DNA from: Macrostomum lignano
Lineage: Eukaryota
Reading direction: 5' to 3'
NCBI GenBank assembly: GCA_002269645.1
Contig: NIVC01001159.1
Coordinates: 38,257-102,256 of the forward strand
DNA length: 64,000 bases
Shown: positions 60,214 through 64,000 of the stretch, one piece after another
Layout of the letters: each line of letters opens with the position of its first letter
Numbering within the stretch: the stretch's first letter is position 1
Program-made: the position numbers and the translations under genes
The notes under the pieces: generated by a model
Told to the model about the DNA's origin: nothing
Databases searched by the model: none
The model's input: only the letters and a program-made list of their open reading frames with translations

Positions 60214-61285
60214 ACTCTTCAAATACACCAAACCGTTTAACTTCCACCTTTGCATAGCTCTGTGCCTGCTTGGAAATATTTCAAACAGGAAAAGGGGTCA
60301 GTTTATCCCCTAGACAAAGAATTCTGGAGCAATGCTGAGCTCTGCTCTTTCAAACAAGATCGGTGCTTTTTCGTTTTGGAAGACATCAAATGCAGTACAG
60401 AATTTCAGCTATTCAGGCTGACCGCATCTGCACAAACTCTGCCACTTTGCTTAACAAAAATGCTGCATGAGCTGCTCTAAAACTGAGCCGTCTTTCAGAA
60501 CAGAAAAAATATTTTTGCCACTAAATATAGAAACTGAAACACGCAGTGCAGAATGCTGCTTATAGAGGGGCATGGCAGCTGCGCACACTGCAGCAGCTCC
60601 AGATTCGAGTTTAAAGACAGACAATTGCATGCAGAAGAGAGTTAAATGAAGGGGCTGAAACACACTGGGGAGGTGCAGTGGAGGTGTAGAAGATAAAATT
60701 CGAATAGGAAAGAGTGGAGAAGAGGAGGAAGACTGAATGGCCTTGTTTTTGAAATGGAAAAATAATTCACTGATAAATTTAGAAACCGAAACACAGAGCG
60801 TCTGTAGGGGTGAGTTGAGGGTGAAAATAGACGATTGGTACAGACGGCTGTAATAAATATATAAAATTGTCAAATCTTTACTTCACCTTCACCTTTAATT
60901 TACTTCAAATCCAGATAGAATGTCCAGATAAAATAGCCAGATAGAAGACTCTAAAATGAGGGCGCCAAAATGAGTGACTGAGGCGCAAAAACTAAATATT
61001 GACAAGCTCAATTTACAAAAATATGGGTAATTTTTTGCTTCGAACTGTTGGATTTGCATCGCCTCCGCCAAAAAATTCATGGCAACTTCCCTGCCGATGT
61101 TTTACGAGCGTACTGTTGGTATGAAGATTCTTATCAAAGATGACTTATTAAAGTCATCACTTCTTCATTGCAGAAGACATTTTGAAAGAGGAGAGGATTC
61201 GGATTATGATTTTCATACTCTAGTCTAATATTCCTTCTGCTCAAGAAATTTTAGGCTGTCATAGTAAATCAATAATAGTTGATTA

Positions 61286-61423
61286 CATTTTACAGCTGGG
61301 TGAACTGAAGCAATGCAGAGTTGAGTATCTTGCTCAAGGAAACAAATTGTTCCAGTGAGATTGGGACTCAAACCCTCGACCTTAAAGTCGTGAGTGTGAC
61401 GCTCTAACAACTAGGCTAAAACC
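61286..61423 (-). mobile_element. tRNA-derived CORE-like SINE, 3'-truncated third copy
   Basis: Head and core only; lies within the local duplication of the 59.5-60.9 kb segment. Confidence 0.78.
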
Positions 61424-64000
61424 TCATTAAATACACCAAACCGTTTAACTTTCACCTTTGCATAGCTCCGTGCCAGTTTGGAAACATTTCAAACAGGAAA
61501 AGGGGTCAGTTTATCCCCTAGAGAAAGAATTCTGGAGCAATGCTGAGCTCTGTTCTTTCAATCAAATGCAGTACAGAATTTCAGCTATTCAGGCTGACCG
61601 CATCTGCACAAACTCTGCCACTTTGCTTAACAAAATATGCTGCATGAGCTGCTTTAAAACTTCAGAACAGAAAATATATATTTGTCTGAATGGCCTTGTT
61701 TTCGAAATTGAAAAATAATTCTGTGATAAATCTAGAAACCGAAACACAGAGCGTCTGTAGGGGTGAGTTGCAGGTTGAGGTTTGAGGTTGCGGTGGAGGT
61801 GGGGGGAGAGAAAACTCCAGATAGAATGAGTCGAAAAGACGAGGGAGGCTGAATGGCCTTGTTTTCGAAACTGAAAAATAATTCACTGATAAATTTAGAA
61901 ACCGAAACACAGAGCGTCTGTAGGGGTGAGTTGGGGGTGAAAATGGACGATTGGGCATAAACAGAAGGCATTAAAATTATTTAAATTCCCAAGTATTTAC
62001 CACACTACTTATAGTATTAGTCGCAGTTCATTATTGATCAAATTTTGTAATTTTGTTTAACCTCTGACTTGAAAAACATTACCCTGCATCTTGATAGATT
62101 ATACCGATACGAGCTAGAATATCCAGATAGATTATCTAATAGAAAACACAATCGGCTAAGGACTTCGTCACTCTGTCCAAATTCGGTTGTAGCCATAGAC
62201 ATGGATAGTGCTCGGCCTTCTTAAGCCCTCGATCGGTGGTAGTCGTCAGGCCTAGGAGCAAAGAAATCAATCACTTATTGAATACTCTGGCCTCTCAATT
62301 CTATCAGATGGTCTGCCCTCGGGCAGCTGAGATGTGGGCAAGCAGAACAGCACAGACCCTGTGGCTAAGAGAAGACAGCAAGAGACAACCAGCAGGGAGA
62401 CTTTTAAAGGTAGAGATTAGCTAATCCGGAGATTTGGCTAACCCATGCCGCCACCAAACTGGCTCTAGAACTAATTTGCAAACTACAGCTGTTATAAGTG
62501 ACACTGCTGGGACTGGATCGCTGTCCAATCTAAAGATTTAAGGGTCGCTAGCAAGTCTCTCTACACCGCTCAGTGTACTATTACATTATTGACTTCCCGT
62601 GAAAGTACATCTACATGCATTTTGACGCTTCTCCACGACTCTAAAGAACGCATAGCGCTGAATGGGGTTTTGCAATAGACAATTTTGACTGAAGAAAATC
62701 CGACTCGTGCGTTCTTAGATGACCTATCCCTCGACACATCCATCAGATGCCATCACCCACATAGTCTGCCCGAGATAGACCTCTGACACCAGTGAATCTT
62801 CCTACTTCTGACTAAGCTGGAGCACTCAGAGAGAGCAACGCATCCAGTTAATGCAGACAAAATTCGTACTCATTTCTAACTGAGTAGTTTCATTCTCCTC
62901 TCCGTATTTCACGCACTCATGGTTCGAGCCCTTTTGGAAATATCTCAAACAGGAGAATTCTATAGGCTTGCCAACATGAGAATTTGTGTCCTAAAACTAT
63001 TTTACATGGCCCAGAGCAATGCCCATCTATTTTGGAAAGCGCTGTAGATTAAAACACAATGGATGAGCCAGTGCTTTTTCAAGGCCGAAAGAGCCTGTAT
63101 ATGCAATGCACAGTCTTCTCTGCAAAAGCTCTGCCCTCACTTTTGTTCAACAATGGCATTAGAAATAGGCGAACTGAGCAAATGCTGGGCAGCTGCATGG
63201 CTGAGTAATGAATTCAGGGTGCTCAAAACTCCACTCAGTTGTACGGGTGGCCAATTCGTATGGGCCCGGCTCAAGTGGCGGGCTTCTTGTGGTCATTGCC
63301 AATCTGTCTTTAGTCTCAGCAGGGTCTGTTGCAAAGCGTTTTTCTACCTGCATGTGGAATCTGTGCCACCCACCTGCTTAATACTCGCGACTGATGCAGG
63401 TGTAACTAAATAAAAAACTTGACAAATATGCATTTAGCATACTTTAAGTATCGATTCTCAATCCTTCAACTTTCTACGAGAAAACTGACATTTAATTAAA
63501 ACCGTTTGTGTTTTGGTGCTGAGCTTATAGTAGGATAAAGGGCGGGGCAGGCTTTAAAAAAACAGATTATGAGAACAGGGGCCCGTGCTATACAGCACTC
63601 TTAACTGCTTAACAAGCTTGCATGAAGTCGAAAATCGTGGAAGAGACTGAAGTACAAGGACGGACCGTCTGCAGAGTACGTAGCTCCGGTATGTGCTGCG
63701 ACCCCACTGCGTTCCCAAGGCTTCAAAAATAAAGATATGACAACGCGGGCACCGCAATCTCGGGCATTGAGTCTCTGAGGTGCGCAAACAAATATATGCT
63801 AAATCTCTTCATCAGCTTGAGCAGTCTCACAAAAGTGTACAGAGAAGATTGAGTGCTGGCTTGCATATATTAAATATATAAAATACAAAAATCTGTTCCG
63901 AAATTTCAAGGATATGAAACAAAAATAACTCAAAGCATAGAGAAAACACAGAAATTTCAGAAAAAGAGAAAAGGACAGTATAGTATTAGGAACCACCTCA

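Larger units (their letters stand above)
59550..62130. repeat. Diverged tandem duplication of a ~1.2-1.4 kb segment upstream of the ankyrin-caspase
   Basis: Shared blocks AAAAATATGGGTAA (59575/61017), AAGACATTTTGAAAGAGGAGAGGAT (59803/61174), the SINE, and GCATAGCTC (60252/61460). The 50600-51410 region is a further homologous copy upstream of the ANK-only gene. Confidence 0.85.

Overview
Metazoan genomic DNA: spliceosomal GT-AG introns, GC-rich exons, and about one third of the window in short-unit tandem repeats. The style resembles the flatworm Macrostomum, but that is an inference. Five protein-coding genes could be reconstructed by hand with phase-consistent splice sites. (1) A KNL1/Spc105 kinetochore scaffold (minus, 12615-22346, 11 exons, ~1125 aa). 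(2) A divergent transmembrane semaphorin (plus, 25385-40893, 10 exons, ~816 aa). (3) An intronless secreted protein (plus, 41811-42539). (4) An ankyrin-repeat-only gene (minus, ~46107-48311). (5) Its longer paralog (minus, 53529-58321, 9 exons, ~715 aa), in which an N-terminal MGSAAS myristoylation-type motif and two ankyrin clusters are spliced in frame to an intact caspase domain (MAHG, QACRG). A third, degraded caspase fragment with the catalytic Cys replaced by Gly (QAGRG) lies at 43467-43577. The 43-62 kb region therefore looks like a tandem array of one ankyrin-caspase plus truncated or inactive relatives. This is the most interesting signal in the window: a candidate membrane-anchored sensor-caspase with possible decoys. 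Also present: three copies of a tRNA-derived CORE-type SINE, a decayed RTE-type LINE fragment, and about 30 distinct mini/microsatellites, several with higher-order duplications. The long ORFs in the supplied track that run through repeats are artefacts. Gene models are manual and unverified by transcripts.
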